A stretch of 64,000 nt of DNA, taken from positions 14,074,001 through 14,138,000 of the forward strand of contig CM022675.1 of NCBI GenBank assembly GCA_012295275.1, written 5' to 3'. Origin of the DNA: Chrysomallon squamiferum (lineage: Eukaryota > Animalia > Mollusca). The position numbers were made by a program, and so were the translations under genes. Below are positions 13,715 to 26,699 of this stretch, piece after piece (within the stretch, counting starts at the first letter, position 1; every line of letters begins with the position of its first letter). The notes under the pieces were generated by a model. That model saw only the letters and a program-made list of their open reading frames with translations. It did not search any database and was not told the origin of the DNA.

Positions 13715-16700
13715 TTATAATAATACAATAAACTTCTGTTACAATAAGTGAAGTCAAATGGTTTTACAAATAATTCTATATATAGTGTTCTTCCTCTGAT
13801 TCTGAGAAAGTCTGCTTTGAACATTACCTGAATTTTTGGATATGTAATTTTCTAACTTTGCTCTGAATTCTCTTTCCCCTCCATATATGTTTTCTGTCCC
13901 ATTGTCTACTAGTATGAAGTGGGAATGATTGTGATCTAAAGGGGCAGCTTTAGTATCTTTCTGGATATCGTCAATGGCATATTCTGCAGGAAAGCATCCT
14001 TTACCCTGAAATATTATTATATTTTATTCAGATCATAATAAAAAATAAATAAATAAAAGAGTGTGCAAAAGAGAAACAGAAACAGAGAGACAGTATTTTT
14101 GTTTTAATTATATAAAATATCTTAACACAGATGTTACATAATATACTAACATATTACAGAAATATGTGCATAAGGTGATAATTCAGTTTTTATTTTAGTT
14201 TCAAAAAATAGATTAACTTATCTTTCTTAAAGAGAGCACTCAAACAACTGAATCTTTAGTGAACTTATAAAATTACAATTATTAACTCTTTCAACTCTAT
14301 GTTCTAATTTTCCATTTATATTTTGTAATGGTTATTATTTATTAACATATTCAAGTTATATCAGTTCAAAAGCATATTCTGAAGTTTACCAGAGTACACA
14401 TAATTATGCAAGTACAAGTATAGCCAATTCAAACTCACCTTTTCTAAAGACTCTAAAGCAGATCTGTTGGAAACTAGTCCCCAGGTTGTTATACCAAGGG
14501 TCACAATTTTTTGATCTGGGAAGCAATGTCCCATTGAATATTCATGTACAGCTTCTCCTACTATCTTCATAACACCTGTTCCTGTGCCTGCTGAAATAAT
14601 CCAAGTTCCTACCAATGTATATTAAAAAGAAAAGATTAGAAATAAAAATAAATAAATAAATAAAAACAAAAACAAACAAACAACATATATGAAAAAGACA
14701 AATTGAAAGAATAAAACTGACTAAAACTGTTATTCACTTTCTTAGAATCAAACTAAAAATGTTATTAGCAACATGTTTAAAATAAAAATAAAGCTGTTTA
14801 CAACTTGTGTGTATATGTCTGTATACAAACCAGTGGTAGTGGCAGCATGACATAGTGCTTTTTTAAAAATGCACCTCACTTCTGGCCTGACATCAAAATA
14901 TTTGGCACTACCAGAAACTGAGATGAGACATTCTGGACTAGGGAGATGCCAGTATTCCCTCAAGATTTTCAAGACTTTCTCTAGATCAGTATTACTGTCA
15001 AGTCTTATATACTGTAGTAAAAAAATAGTTAAACAAATAACAACAACAACAACATCAAAGCAAAGAAAATAAATAAATAAATTAATATTAATAAAAATAA
15101 TACTAACATGTATAATTAGAATTATACAATCACACACACATATCAGCAAACAAATACATAAAGATAAAAACTATTACCCATGAATTTGAAATTATTTCAG
15201 TCAGTGGTTGTTAAAAAAAACAAAAAAAAAACTGTCCCACCATCAACATGTACATTACTCTTTTTCTGGTTACTGTACAGTTTTAAAATCTGCAAACAAA
15301 ACCTATTAATATTATTTACAATATAATATCTTCATGAATAAATTATAAATGCTATTGTCCGTGAAAAATCAATAACATATGTTATTATTTTTCTGAATTT
15401 TCTGTTTTAGTGAAATTCAAATTCAACAAACAAAACTGATTAAGTAGTATTTACAGGAGCATTTTCTGTATGATGATCAAAACCCTTGAAACTGATTTCT
15501 CCAAATGAATTACACGGGACTGTCTTGGTATGTGTTTCCAGCCTCCATTTTGTATGTTCTGTATTGATGTCTATTCCTCTTTGTTCATGCCACTCAGTTG
15601 TACGTCCACACTGGCAAGCCTTACTTTAAATAGAAATTATTACTGATAATATTAAAAATCTATTTAAATTTAAAAACGAAAGTAATACTGTTATTAACAA
15701 CAAAAATAAATAAATAAATAAGTATTGAAATAATATTCAGTTTCAAAATAAATAACAATTTGAGTTAATTCAATAAAGTAAAATTAATTTTAAAGAAATA
15801 ATAACAAGCAGTGAATGATACAGATTAATGATTAGGTATGACAAGAGAAAAAAGTATTTGAAAAGATAGACAATGAATCTAACACTTTAAACAGACAAAT
15901 ACACTTTATTTCTAGACTATTCCAAAGAAAACATTTTAAAAACATAACTTGAACACTATATAAAATGTAATTAAATTACTTGTTCATAAAAGTATTTGCT
16001 TTACCTGTCTGATTTATCCTCTCTGGCATATTTACAGCATTCTGTTTGAACAATTTCTAAAGTGATAGGTGTTGCAGTATATTCCTTAAATAGTCAAATA
16101 AACTGTAACATACACAGAGATATGGATATATGTATTCACACACAGTCACACACACAAGAACCCATGCACACACACACACACAAACACACACACAACGTGT
16201 GCATAGAGTGCATATTAGATACTGGCCCAAACATTTAATCTTGGAAAAGTAACGGTCAAATTTGTATACCTTAATGATCATTTTACCAAAAGAAAATCCT
16301 AATTTTGCCAGCTCATATCTTTCACAAATGTATACACAGAAGCATGGAAATGCACAGATTCCAAGCATTTAATATATAAATATCTCTTATTTTTTCCAAA
16401 TTAACCATTGCTCAGATCTGAGTTAGCTTCTAACCAAAATAACTGAGTGGTATTTGACTACTTTCTGTCAATATTTTAAAATACAATAAAATATCTATTT
16501 ATAATCCAGGAAATGACAGGAATGACAAATACATACATACATACATGCATGCATACATATATACATGCATAAATACATTATATATATATATATATAATGA
16601 TATTGATATTTCTGTTTTGTTATTGAAAATCTGCTGCTGACCTGTAACATGTTTCTGCGTCTGGGTGACTGATTTTGTGCACGTCTCTGTTGAGCTGGGT

Positions 16701-16800
16701 GGAAGCTCTGTTAGACAGGTTGGTGAAATCAAAATGTTTATGATCTAGCCATTAGTATTTTGGAACACTAATCTTCTGAGATTCTTGTGAATGCTCTGCA
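184..16800 (-). CDS. TRPM: TRPM-family cation channel (TRPM2-like), multi-exon; frameshifted in this assembly, so possibly a recent pseudogene
   Basis: Hand-spliced GT-AG exons in transcription order: 16642-16800, 16005-16056, 15455-15623 (CQCGR..W..ETHT..PCNSFGEISF), 14831-15011 (YIRL..LISVSGSAK), 14439-14608, 13828-14005 (LDHNHSHFILVDNGT), 13481-13649 (VPLVILVVEGG..EGTGKAAD), 12664-12820, 12272-12347, 10809-10915 (QLKLAIAWN), 10261-10395, 9912-9974, 9447-9561, 6641-6790 (LFIWAVF), 6119-6219, 5220-5445, 4665-4916, 4284-4427 (EEIRQ), 3520-3773 (DIWNKFD..IGPKVIMI), 3012-3186 (pore PYLQLYGEIFL), 2541-2698 (NILLVNLVIAMFS), 1934-2121 (TRP box WRFYR), 1034-1161, and a last exon from 312. First and last exon limits are uncertain. 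Confidence 0.93.
1375..1572. repeat. (TAT)n microsatellite with a local ~100-bp duplication
   Basis: TAT runs; the spacer aaaatgttttatttattaagaaa occurs twice (~1404 and ~1504). Confidence 0.85.
1934..6790 (-). CDS. TRPM: TRPM MHR4, S1-S6, pore and TRP-box exons
   Basis: Motifs LFIWAV, EEIRQ, WNKFD, GPKVIMI, LQLYGEIF, NILLVNLVIAMFS, WRFYR. Three exon lengths (101, 254 and 158 nt) do not fit the flanking intron phases. Confidence 0.92.
2722..2918. repeat. ~27-bp intronic minisatellite (aagtaagttaataaaatatagaa..)
   Basis: About 7 degenerate copies just before the acceptor of TRPM exon 2541-2698. Confidence 0.8.
9447..16056 (-). CDS. TRPM: TRPM N-terminal cytoplasmic MHR1-3 (SLOG-like) exons
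   Basis: Twelve consecutive exons with matching intron phases and an open frame. Hallmark motifs LISVSGSAK, LDHNHSHFILVD, LVVEGG and LAIAWN. Confidence 0.92.
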
Positions 16801-16900
16801 CTGAAATAACAACACCCGTTTTTCTGTTACTACTGGTATTAATAAATATATTTAAGAATTGCAAGTATAACCGTATTATTATTATTATTATTATTATTAT

Positions 16901-16950
<50 letters not shown>

Positions 16951-17032
16951 ATAGTATTCAGTTTTGAATTTAAATACTTTATTACGAATAAGTAAATCAA
17001 AACTAAAGTCAGAGTAAATGAATAAATAAATA

Positions 17033-17074
<42 letters not shown>

Positions 17075-17504
17075 CTTTAAAATGATTCGTTACATAAAAC
17101 GATCAACTAACAGCGTTATTTTAAGAATGAAAATAGGAAACTTCTTGTTTGTGTACAGGTTTCAGAAGATTGATGATTTTTAGCGAAAACAAGTTAAAAT
17201 ATATATTTTTTTAACTAATTTGTTTATACGGCCGGTTGTTGGACCGTTAAAATATACTTTTTTCAATTTTCTGTCCAAAACTGGTATCAACACAATAATC
17301 AATGTATCAAACAATCATTCAAATAACACGTGATTAATTTGCTTTTTACATGTAAATATGACCTCTAATGTATTGAAAATGGAAATAAATAATGTAAAAA
17401 AAAATAATAATTATAATGGTTTCAAGTATTGTTTTACAACAACGTACTCAGAACTCTCTGCTATGGAGTTTTGGCAAACTAGCAATGCTACAAAAACGCG
17501 CTTT

Positions 17505-17765
17505 ACGTTAAAGCCTGTTTTTTTAGTTGATCACTGATGACGTTCTCAAGAAGCGGCACGTTAAAGCCTGTTGTTTTAGTTGATCACTGATGACGTTCTC
17601 AAGAAGCGGCACGTTAAAGCCTGTTTTTTTAGTTGATCACTGATGACGTTCTCAAGAAGCGGCACGTTAAAGCCTGTTGTTTTAGTTGATCACTGATGAC
17701 GTTCTCAAGAAGCGGCACGTTAAAGCCTGTTGTTTTAGTTGATCACTGATGACGTTCTCAAGAAG
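17505..17765. repeat. 53-bp minisatellite, 5 near-identical copies
   Basis: Unit acgttaaagcctgtt(g/t)ttttagttgatcactgatgacgttctcaagaagcggc starts at 17505, 17558, 17611, 17664 and 17717. Confidence 0.95.
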
Positions 17766-18130
17766 TAGCGGACGGGGATTTGACCCTCAGAAAATGGCCT
17801 ACTGACTGCTTATAAGTAGATTTCTATGAATAAATCTTTTTTGATGATGATCTGCACACATTTCCACGAGCCCTTGCTTTCGAAATTTAACATTTTATTA
17901 AACATTCTGAACGCACAGTATTAGCATTCTGAAGGAGTATGTTTAATTGTTCGTAAACACAGACCGGCGTCCCATCCGCCATCTTGAAATTTCGATGTAC
18001 GCTCCGAAACCGTCAGGGTTTTAAACTTCCAGATTCAACAATTTTCGTCCATTTTGTGTATGTTTTATGATTTACACTAACAAGGATATGGATGGTTGTT
18101 CATATTACAAAACCATGATTTAAACCACGT

Positions 18131-18256
18131 CCTAATTACATTTTAACATTATTCAAATTTTTCAAATTAAATTATTTTTATGCAGATGTGTGCCTAATTA
18201 CATTTTAACATTATTCAAATTTTTCAAATTAAATTATTTTTGTGCAGATGTGTGCA
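18131..18256. repeat. 62-bp direct tandem duplication
   Basis: cctaattacattttaacatt...gcagatgtgtg at 18131 and 18193. Confidence 0.9.
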
Positions 18257-19204
18257 TAATTAACTGAAATTATAATAATTTTTAGCAGATTAATGTATTA
18301 ACTTTCCTATCTAGTCATCAGAAAAGAATATTCAGGCATAGTTTCAACCCATTAAATTGGATAAATCAGAAGCAATTGCTTGAACAGATGCAGTTTGTTC
18401 CGCTGTTACTAGGTATGTACAAATAACCCGTTTCTAGTGCGGTCTTTGAAAAATCTTTCTAAAGAATCTTCATTTGATGACGTAGTATACGCATCTCGCT
18501 ACAAGTTCGCTTTCGATTTTTGAATATTGATCAAGGAGAAGTTTACCAAATTTTTCATGAAAAAAATATTTTTGGAAACCTCAGTAAAGTCATCGATCAC
18601 TGGAAAAATCTTTGGTACGTTCTTCAGTCAAAATATCTTGTCTTTATCGGTCTCATTTACTACTATTGTGGTTACGAACGACGATTCTAGAGTTGCGAAA
18701 AATTGCATACACAACGCCTGCGCTTCAAAGAATCGATAATGCAGTTTCAGTTCAGGTCACGTGACGATAAATTTCAGCTAAATAGTTCGATTAATTAATT
18801 AATTAAAATTCATAAGTATTAGAAACTAGCTTAAAAGTACAGTACAGCTTCAGAACTCCTAAAACGTTGTATATTGACATATAATACATGTAGAGTTGAT
18901 TAAAACTCTGTTACATATTCAGTATTTATGTTCTAAAATTATAGAAACGAATCAGTTTCTCAGTAGAATAAGAAGGAAAAATACCCGTAAATATTATTCC
19001 GATACAAATTCGCAAATTTTTTCGTATAAGTGCTATCAAAGATATCTTGGTGTCATTCTAATATGCATGTTTTTCTCTTTCTAATGATAAATAATAATAT
19101 AGGAAGATATTATCTACTGTTACACGGCTTCATATATAATGTTTAAGAAAATAGAGATAACAGAAGAAAATAATTCCTTTCTCGGAATGTGACCGGCTAC
19201 CTTT

Positions 19205-19328
19205 TCTTGATAATCACATACCACGGCCTTTGATAAAGTAATCGTGGTACTGACATTGAACAGGATAAATACGACCACCCATCGCCAGACACTACTTTCC
19301 TGTGATCACTGAGCCACATCTCCACTCT
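19205..19328 (-). mobile_element. Nin/Deu-domain SINE remnant
   Basis: Minus strand reads ggagatgtggctcagtg (tRNA A-box-like head), then ccacgattactttatcaaaggccgtggtatgtgattatc, resembling my recollection of the Nin core CCACGACTGGTGTAACAAAGGCCGTGGTATGTGCTATC. Confidence 0.65.
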
Positions 19329-20499
19329 AACCAATGAGTATAACACCAAATATGTTTTTATTAAAAGTATGTAAAGAAATGTTAATAATAACAAAGCCCA
19401 ATTACTAAGTTTTATTTTTAACTGTCTTAGAACAACAACCGCAAATAAATAAACAAATAAATAAATAATAATAATAATAATTATAAATTTCCTTACCTTT
19501 GTCGTGAGAGATGAATAATTTAACACTTACAAGATTTCTCAGTTTGCTGTTATACAGATGTGAATGCGACAAAGCCAGTTTTGACAGACAACAGTCAGTG
19601 AGAGGAAGATACCATTTCGAATAAACAGGGATGATGCTTTGAAATTTTTATAATCCTTTTGTTTCTTCTGAGAAAAAATAATAGTGAAAGTTTTAAATTC
19701 TTGTTGTAAAGTAAACAGCAGCAAAAGTAACAACTACCTTAACATCATTTGTGCGTTTAATTAATTTATAAAACGCTGGTTACAAATTATCACACATCTA
19801 GTAAGATAATATTCTTAGCCCCCGAATAATATCTTGTTTCAACTTCAGTAGTGAACCGGTAGCATCAGATAGCGTCTTACGATATACATAACAAAAAAAA
19901 AAACAAAAAAAACTATACAAATGAAAAACAGGATACAAAGTGAATACATGATTTTAGTCATGTAAACATAATAGTAATGAAATAATAATATATATTCATT
20001 CTCTAAATTATAGAGCTTTATTTCATTCTATTTAAAATAAATAAATAAATAAATCATATTATCGATTAAATTCATGTTATTATAATATTATATATGTTAT
20101 TATTTCACAAAGCCAAGCTTGTTTATTTCTGTTTGTTTGAATGAAAAAACAATTCTTAAGTGTTTGGTAATGTGCAGTTAATTTAGGTACATAAAACAGG
20201 GAATATAATGCAGACAATAATACGAAAGAAGAATACACATGTGATACTGTAGTGGTAGCCATTTTTAGATGCTGTTTTAATATCACCTTTGTAGCATTTA
20301 TAACGTTATACTATATTTTTATGTGTTTAAACAGTAGAATGTAATAAGCAGTATAAAGAAAATCACCTCTCTCTCTCTTTCTCTTGTCTCTGTGTGTGTG
20401 TATTTTTGTGTGTACACATCACAAATCTTAATGAGTAAAAGCTATTATTTTCTCAGAGAGAATATTAATATTATTTATTTATTTCTTTATTTATTATTA

Positions 20500-20540
<41 letters not shown>

Positions 20541-20911
20541 TATATTTAGTTATTTGTATATTTATTTATTTTAAATATGAATAATAAACTTGATACTGAA
20601 TATGAACAAAATAATAATAATAATAATAATAAAGATAGAAGGTAACACAACTATTAGACATAATAGTGACGCGCCAGTGTTCATACTCTTACAGTTTGAC
20701 ACACATTTTCATTGTTTGTTAACCGAGGCGAAACTCTTCCTTGTTTAGTCACGTTTTGAAAACATGCAGTCATAAGTGTATGACAAAATTAACTGAACTA
20801 CAGACTAAGAGCTGGTAGCGAAGTCAATATGTAATTACATTAAAATAAAATAACAAAAGTAATTAACAGGTACTATTATTATTAGAAGTAGTATACGTTT
20901 CGTGACAATGA

Positions 20912-20938
20912 TAGTAGTAGTAGTAGTAGTAGTAGATC

Positions 20939-21008
<70 letters not shown>
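20912..21008. repeat. (TAG)n microsatellite
   Basis: Direct reading; one interruption near 20936. Confidence 0.9.
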
Positions 21009-21010
<2 letters not shown>

Positions 21011-21223
21011 AGAGTGGTTCTATTTTTATTAGTATTAATATTAGTAGAAGTAGTTGATGTTGTTATTGTTGTACAATATTTTAATTTATTATTATTATTA
21101 TTATTTTTTTTTAATGTTTTTGCTTCGCAAGACAAAATAGAAACATATGTTAGTAGATGATGTTTATTCAGTTGGGTCACAACAGCAGCGCACCGCAACT
21201 ACAGAACGACAACAATTAGCTGA

Positions 21224-21274
21224 TCACGTGACTCAGAAGGACGGCGTGAATGACTCAGATGAAATGCTTCGTCA
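21224..21274. promoter_or_regulatory. Candidate enhancer motif cluster: E-box, two AP-1 sites, CRE half-site
   Basis: CACGTG 21225-21230 overlapping TGACTCA 21229-21235, TGACTCA 21251-21257 and CGTCA 21270-21274, in a locally CpG-rich patch. Confidence 0.3.
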
Positions 21275-21572
21275 TGAGAAATGAATACTGACAGGCTGGG
21301 TATCGAATGTTTTACTGAGTAAAGAGGACTGGACTTAGTTTAATCGCCTCATTTAGTATAATTTAAAAATCGATTTTAAAAAACAAGAAAAAAAGAAACA
21401 AATAATTAAAATGTACGCCACAATTTGCTCGTCCTGCGAAGACTAAATCAAATAACAAGTGTTTTGTTTTATGTTAATCGAGCTGCTAATAAAATGTGGG
21501 TTGCACAGACAATACAACCCAAACAAGAAAAGAACAGATTAAGTAAACATTATGATACTAATAGTGTTTGTT

Positions 21573-21575
<3 letters not shown>

Positions 21576-21658
<83 letters not shown>
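21576..21658. repeat. (ATT)n microsatellite
   Basis: Direct reading. Confidence 0.9.
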
Positions 21659-21959
21659 GTTTTTATTGTTTATTATCTCACTTTAGTGTCTTTGCTTCTA
21701 TGCCACTATTTCACTTTTCTTTCTCTTTCTCTGTGTCTCTCTAACATACCTCTCCCTCCATCCCTCACTTTCTCTCTCCCCTCTACGTCAGCAGTAACCT
21801 CACGTGGTCTTAGACTGACCAATGAGGTTCGACCCGTGAAATGGATGATAGAATCCGGGTTGTTGCATACATGTACGCGATAGGTTGATGTGTAGATATG
21901 TATTTTTAGTAGTGTTAATAGTGATACTACAAGCAATGGTACTGGAGGTATTAGCAGAC

Positions 21960-24120
21960 GTGTTATTGGTGCTAAGAGTGATAGTAATACAGCAGTACTG
22001 GTGCTATTACCAGACATGGTAGTGGTGGTAAGAGTGATAGTAATACAGCAGTACACGTGCTATTACCAGACATGGTAGTGGTGGTAAGAGTGATAGTAAT
22101 ACAGCAGCACTGGTGCTATTAGCAGACGTGGTAGTGGTGGTAAGAGTGATAGTAATACAGCAGTACTGGTGCTATTACCAGACATGGTAGTGGTGGAAAG
22201 AGTGATAGTAATACAGCAGTACTGGTGCTATTAGCAGACGTGGTAGTGGTGGTAAGAGTGATAGTAATACAGCAGTATTGGTGCTATTACCAGACGTGGT
22301 AGTGGTGGTAAGAGTGATAGTAATACAGCAGCACTGGTGCTATTACCAGACGTGGTAGTGGTGGTAAGAGTGATAGTAATACAGCAGCACTGGTGCTATT
22401 AGCAGACGTGGTAGTGGTGGTAAGAGTGATAGTAATACAGCAGTATTGGTGCTATTACCAGACGTGGTAGTGGTGGTAAGAGTGATAGTAATACAGCAGT
22501 ATTGGTGCTATTACCAGACGTGGTAGTGGTGGTAAGAGTGATAGTAATACAGCAGCATTGGTGCTATTACCAGACGTGGTAGTGGTGGTAAGAGTGATAG
22601 TAATACAGCAGTACTGGTGCTATTAGCAGCGTGGTAATGGTGGTAAGAGTGATAGTAATACAGCAGTACTGGTGCTATTAGCAGCGTGGTAGTGGTGGAA
22701 AGAGTGAATAACAGCAGTATTGGTGCTATTTACAGACACTGGCGTAGCAGGTGGTGGTGGTGGAAAGAGTGATAGTAATACAGCAGCACTGGTGCTATTA
22801 GCGTGGTAATGGTGGTTGATGCTATTACCAGACGTGGTAGTGGTGGTAAGAGTGATAGTAATACAGCAGTATTGGTGCTATTACCAGACGGGGTAGTGGT
22901 GGTAAGAGTGATAGTAATACAGCAGCACTGGCGCTATTAGCAGACGTGGTAGTGGTGGTAAGAGTGATAGCAATACAGCAGCACTGCCGCTATTACCAGA
23001 CGGGGTAGTGGTGGTAAGAGTGATAGTAATACAGCAGCACTGCCGCTATTACCAGACGTGATAGTGGTGGTAATAGTGATAGTAATACAGCAGCACTGGT
23101 GCTATTAGCAGACGGGGTAGTGGTGGTAAGAGTGATAGTAATACAGCAGTATTGGTGCTATTAGCAGACGTGGTAGTGGTGGTAATAGTGATAGTAATAC
23201 AGCAGCATTGGTGCTATTAGCAGACGTGATAGTGGTGGTAAGAGTGATAGTAATACAGCAGTATTGGTGCTATTACCAGACGGGGTAGTGGTGGTAAGAG
23301 TGATAGTAATACAGCAGTATTGGTGCTATTACCAGACGTGGTAGTGGTGGTAATAGTGATAGTAATACAGCAGCATTGGTGCTATTAGCAGACGTGATAG
23401 TGGTGGTAAGAGTGATAGTAATACAGCAGCATTGGCGCTATTAGCAGACGTGGTAGTGGTGGTAAGAGTGATAGTAATACAGCAGCACTGGCGCTATTAG
23501 CAGACGTGGTAGTGGTGGTAAGAGTGATAGTAATACAGCAGCACTGCCGCTATTACCAGACGTGGTAGTGGTGGTAAGAGTGATAGTAATACAGCAGCAT
23601 TGGTGCTATTACCAGACGTGGTAGTGGTGGTAAGAGTGATAGTAATACAGCAGTATTGGTGCTATTAGCAGCGTGGTAGTGGTGGTAAGAGTGATAGTAA
23701 TACAGCAGTATTGGTGCTATTAGCAGCGTGGTAGTGGTGGTAAGAGTGATAGTAATACAGCAGTATTGGTGCTATTAGCAGACGGGGTAGTGGTGGTAAG
23801 AGTGATAGTAATACAGCAGTACTGGTGCTATTACCAGACGTGGTAGTGGTGGTAAGAGTGATAGTAATACAGCAGTACACGTGCTATTACCAGACATGGT
23901 AGTAGTGGTAAGAGTGATAGTAATACAGCAGTACACGTGCTATTACCAGACGTGGTAGTGGTGGTAAGAATGATAGTAATACAGCAGTACACGTGCTATT
24001 AGCAGACGTGGTAGTGGTGGTAAGAGTGATAGTAATACAGCAGTACACGTGCTATTACCAGACGTGGTAGTGGTGGTAAGAATGATAGTAATACAGCAGC
24101 ACTGGTGCTATGAGTAGACG
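21960..24120. repeat. 56-bp minisatellite, roughly 38 copies
   Basis: Unit ggtagtggtggtaagagtgatagtaatacagcagtactggtgctattaccagacgt; 56-nt period checked at 22015 and 22071; degenerate GTA/GGT-rich flanks. Confidence 0.95.
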
Positions 24121-25547
24121 CGAAAGTGGTGGTAATAGTGATAGTAATAGCAGTGGCACTGGTGTTATTAGTAGACGCGGTAATGGTGGTAATATTGATA
24201 CTACTACTAACGATAGTGCAGGTATTAATAGTTATGTTACTGCTGGTAATAGTGAGAGTAGTAGCAGCCAGACTGGTGGCATTCCAAGATATGGTAGTTC
24301 TGGCAGTGTTGAAGGTAGCAGAAGTACATGGTAGTGCTGGTAGTAGTAATGGTGATTGCAGCGGTACCTATGGTACTAACAGACATTTTCATTCATCCAT
24401 CAAATACGTTTACAGGTTGGGTTAGAGTTAAGATAATATTTATTTTTGTTCTAGGATTATGGTATTGTCTCAGGCCTGGGTCAGACTAAGAACTGTTGAA
24501 ATGTAGCATTAGGGTTAGTGCAATAGTCAGGTAGTGTTGATAAAGTCTGTGAAAGTTCTTTGAAATAGACAGTGTTTGTCATGAACAGAATAAGTGTTAA
24601 CATTCGCGTAAGTAAGATACGTGATTCTGTTTACAGCTACAGTTAATTCAGTGTTGATATTGGTGTTTGGGTTCAAATTAGATTTAATGTTAAATTACTT
24701 TTTAAATTAGGATTTTGCTTTCAGTTAGAATTATCTAAAATATTAACATCAGAATCATGGCTAATGCCGCATTAAGTTAGGATTACTGTTAGGTTTACGA
24801 TCTGCTATGATTTGGGATTAGTCTTTTGAAGGATTGGGACTTTGTTAATGATATAAAATTGGATAAAACCGTTTTATGTCAGGATGAGGTTGCACTATGC
24901 ACTGGTAATATTAAGTATTATAACTAAAGCTAAGATTATTATTTAATCACATTATAATTAGTATTAAAGTTGCAGTTATGATTAGATTTGAATTAAAACT
25001 TTACTTTGTGTTTAAAAAATACTGAGTATTAATAGTATTAGCCTCACAGACTAATATGTGGTGATTTATACAGAATGCACCATCATACACAGGATATATG
25101 CATAATACCATGTTACAATATTACCAGTCAGTTCCTCTTATGCACAGAATATATTTATTTATAATATGTTGTTACAAGAACAGAAGTCACTCCACGGAAG
25201 CTTTCTCTGGTACACTAACATTTATTTATATATTCATAAACACTTAGGTATACACATTCTCAGAGATCCATTTTATCCATGCATTTACGACTGATATCAT
25301 TTTTTTTCTTTTCTTTTTTTTTTTCTTTTTTTTTTTTTTTATTGTGGGGGAGTTATATCGTACATAACTCAATAGTTTCTTATCTGTGTTTGAAATATTT
25401 ATTTGATATATCGTAGATTTTACATTAAAAACTAATTTGCACTGTAACAAAATAAACTAAACACAACTCATTAATCTTTAAAATACGAGAAAGTTGAAAC
25501 TAAGTAAAAAAGAATTGTTTGAAGCACCCGCAAAACTGACTGAACAA

Positions 25548-25940
25548 CCTATCATACCCTCTTTGTACCCACCCAGTAGTAGTTCATTTGTGTATATCAT
25601 CATACCCTTTTTGTATCCGCCTTGTAGTACCTTATGTGTGTATTTTATACCATCTTTGTATCCACCCAGTAGTACCTCATATGTGTACATTATCATACCC
25701 TCTTTGTATGCACCCTATAGTACCTCATTGTGTACCTTATCATACCCTCTTTATATGCACCCTATAGAACCTCATTGTGTACCTTATCATACCTTCTTTG
25801 TATCCGCCCTATAGTACCATATTTGTGTCCTTCCTATTGTACACTTTGTATCCAAGCTGTAGTACCTTACTTATTTACACTCTATCATGCCCTCTTCTTG
25901 TCGCATAGTAATGCACTTTTGTGCCCACCCAATACTATAT
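25548..25940. repeat. Degenerate ~47-bp minisatellite
   Basis: Units like tatcataccctctttgtatgcaccctatagtacctcattgtgtacct; period 47 at 25691 and 25738; about 8 copies. Confidence 0.8.
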
Positions 25941-26186
25941 AGTTTTTGATTGCTCTGTCCTATACCGCTTATCGACATCTTGAATTCATGTTTTGTCGAA
26001 CCAGATTATCTGAAAATCATAGGTATAAAAACTACCTACAGGCCAATTTCAATAATAATAGAAGTTATCGATTCGCCGGTTTTCACAATCTTTCAGTTCA
26101 CTCGTTCGTATCGTGATGTTTTTAAACGATACAGTACAAAGTCAAGCTATTTTTCAGTGTCACTGTTTCAAATATGAAATAGTCTT

Positions 26187-26241
<55 letters not shown>

Positions 26242-26365
26242 TTAAAAAGTTTGGGTAGGAGATTTACTCTTATTTTATTTGATCTGTCCTTAATAACAAA
26301 TTCTACTCCATAAAATTGTAAATAAAAATTTGTGAATTTTTGTATTTTATTTAATCTGAGTGTCG

Positions 26366-26468
26366 ATCCGTTCCAACCACTATCTCAAGACATGTGTATC
26401 AAATAATTATTATTATGTTTCTTTTTATCCACACAGTGGAAAATATAAAGACACTGTTACTCTTATAT
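26366..26468 (+). mobile_element. Possible older Nin-domain SINE remnant
   Basis: cgttccaaccac..tgtgtatcaaa..atataaagacactgttact is roughly collinear with the Nin core, but heavily diverged. Confidence 0.3.
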
Positions 26469-26613
26469 ACGTGTAGGGCGCCTGTAAGCAACATTCTAAT
26501 CATTTCAGAATTTTTGTCACTTATAAGACAAAACAAGTGGTGATAGTCAGTCATTCATTATTTATAACTATTTTCTAAATAGCAAAGACAGGAACTTAGT
26601 TGATGCAGGAAAT

Positions 26614-26615
<2 letters not shown>

Positions 26616-26696
<81 letters not shown>
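26616..26696. repeat. (CT)n microsatellite
   Basis: Direct reading. Confidence 0.95.

Positions 26697-26699
<3 letters not shown>

Noticed and set aside
24110-24425. Ser/Gly-rich ORF
   Set aside because: Degenerate flank of the 56-bp minisatellite; no splice or domain support.
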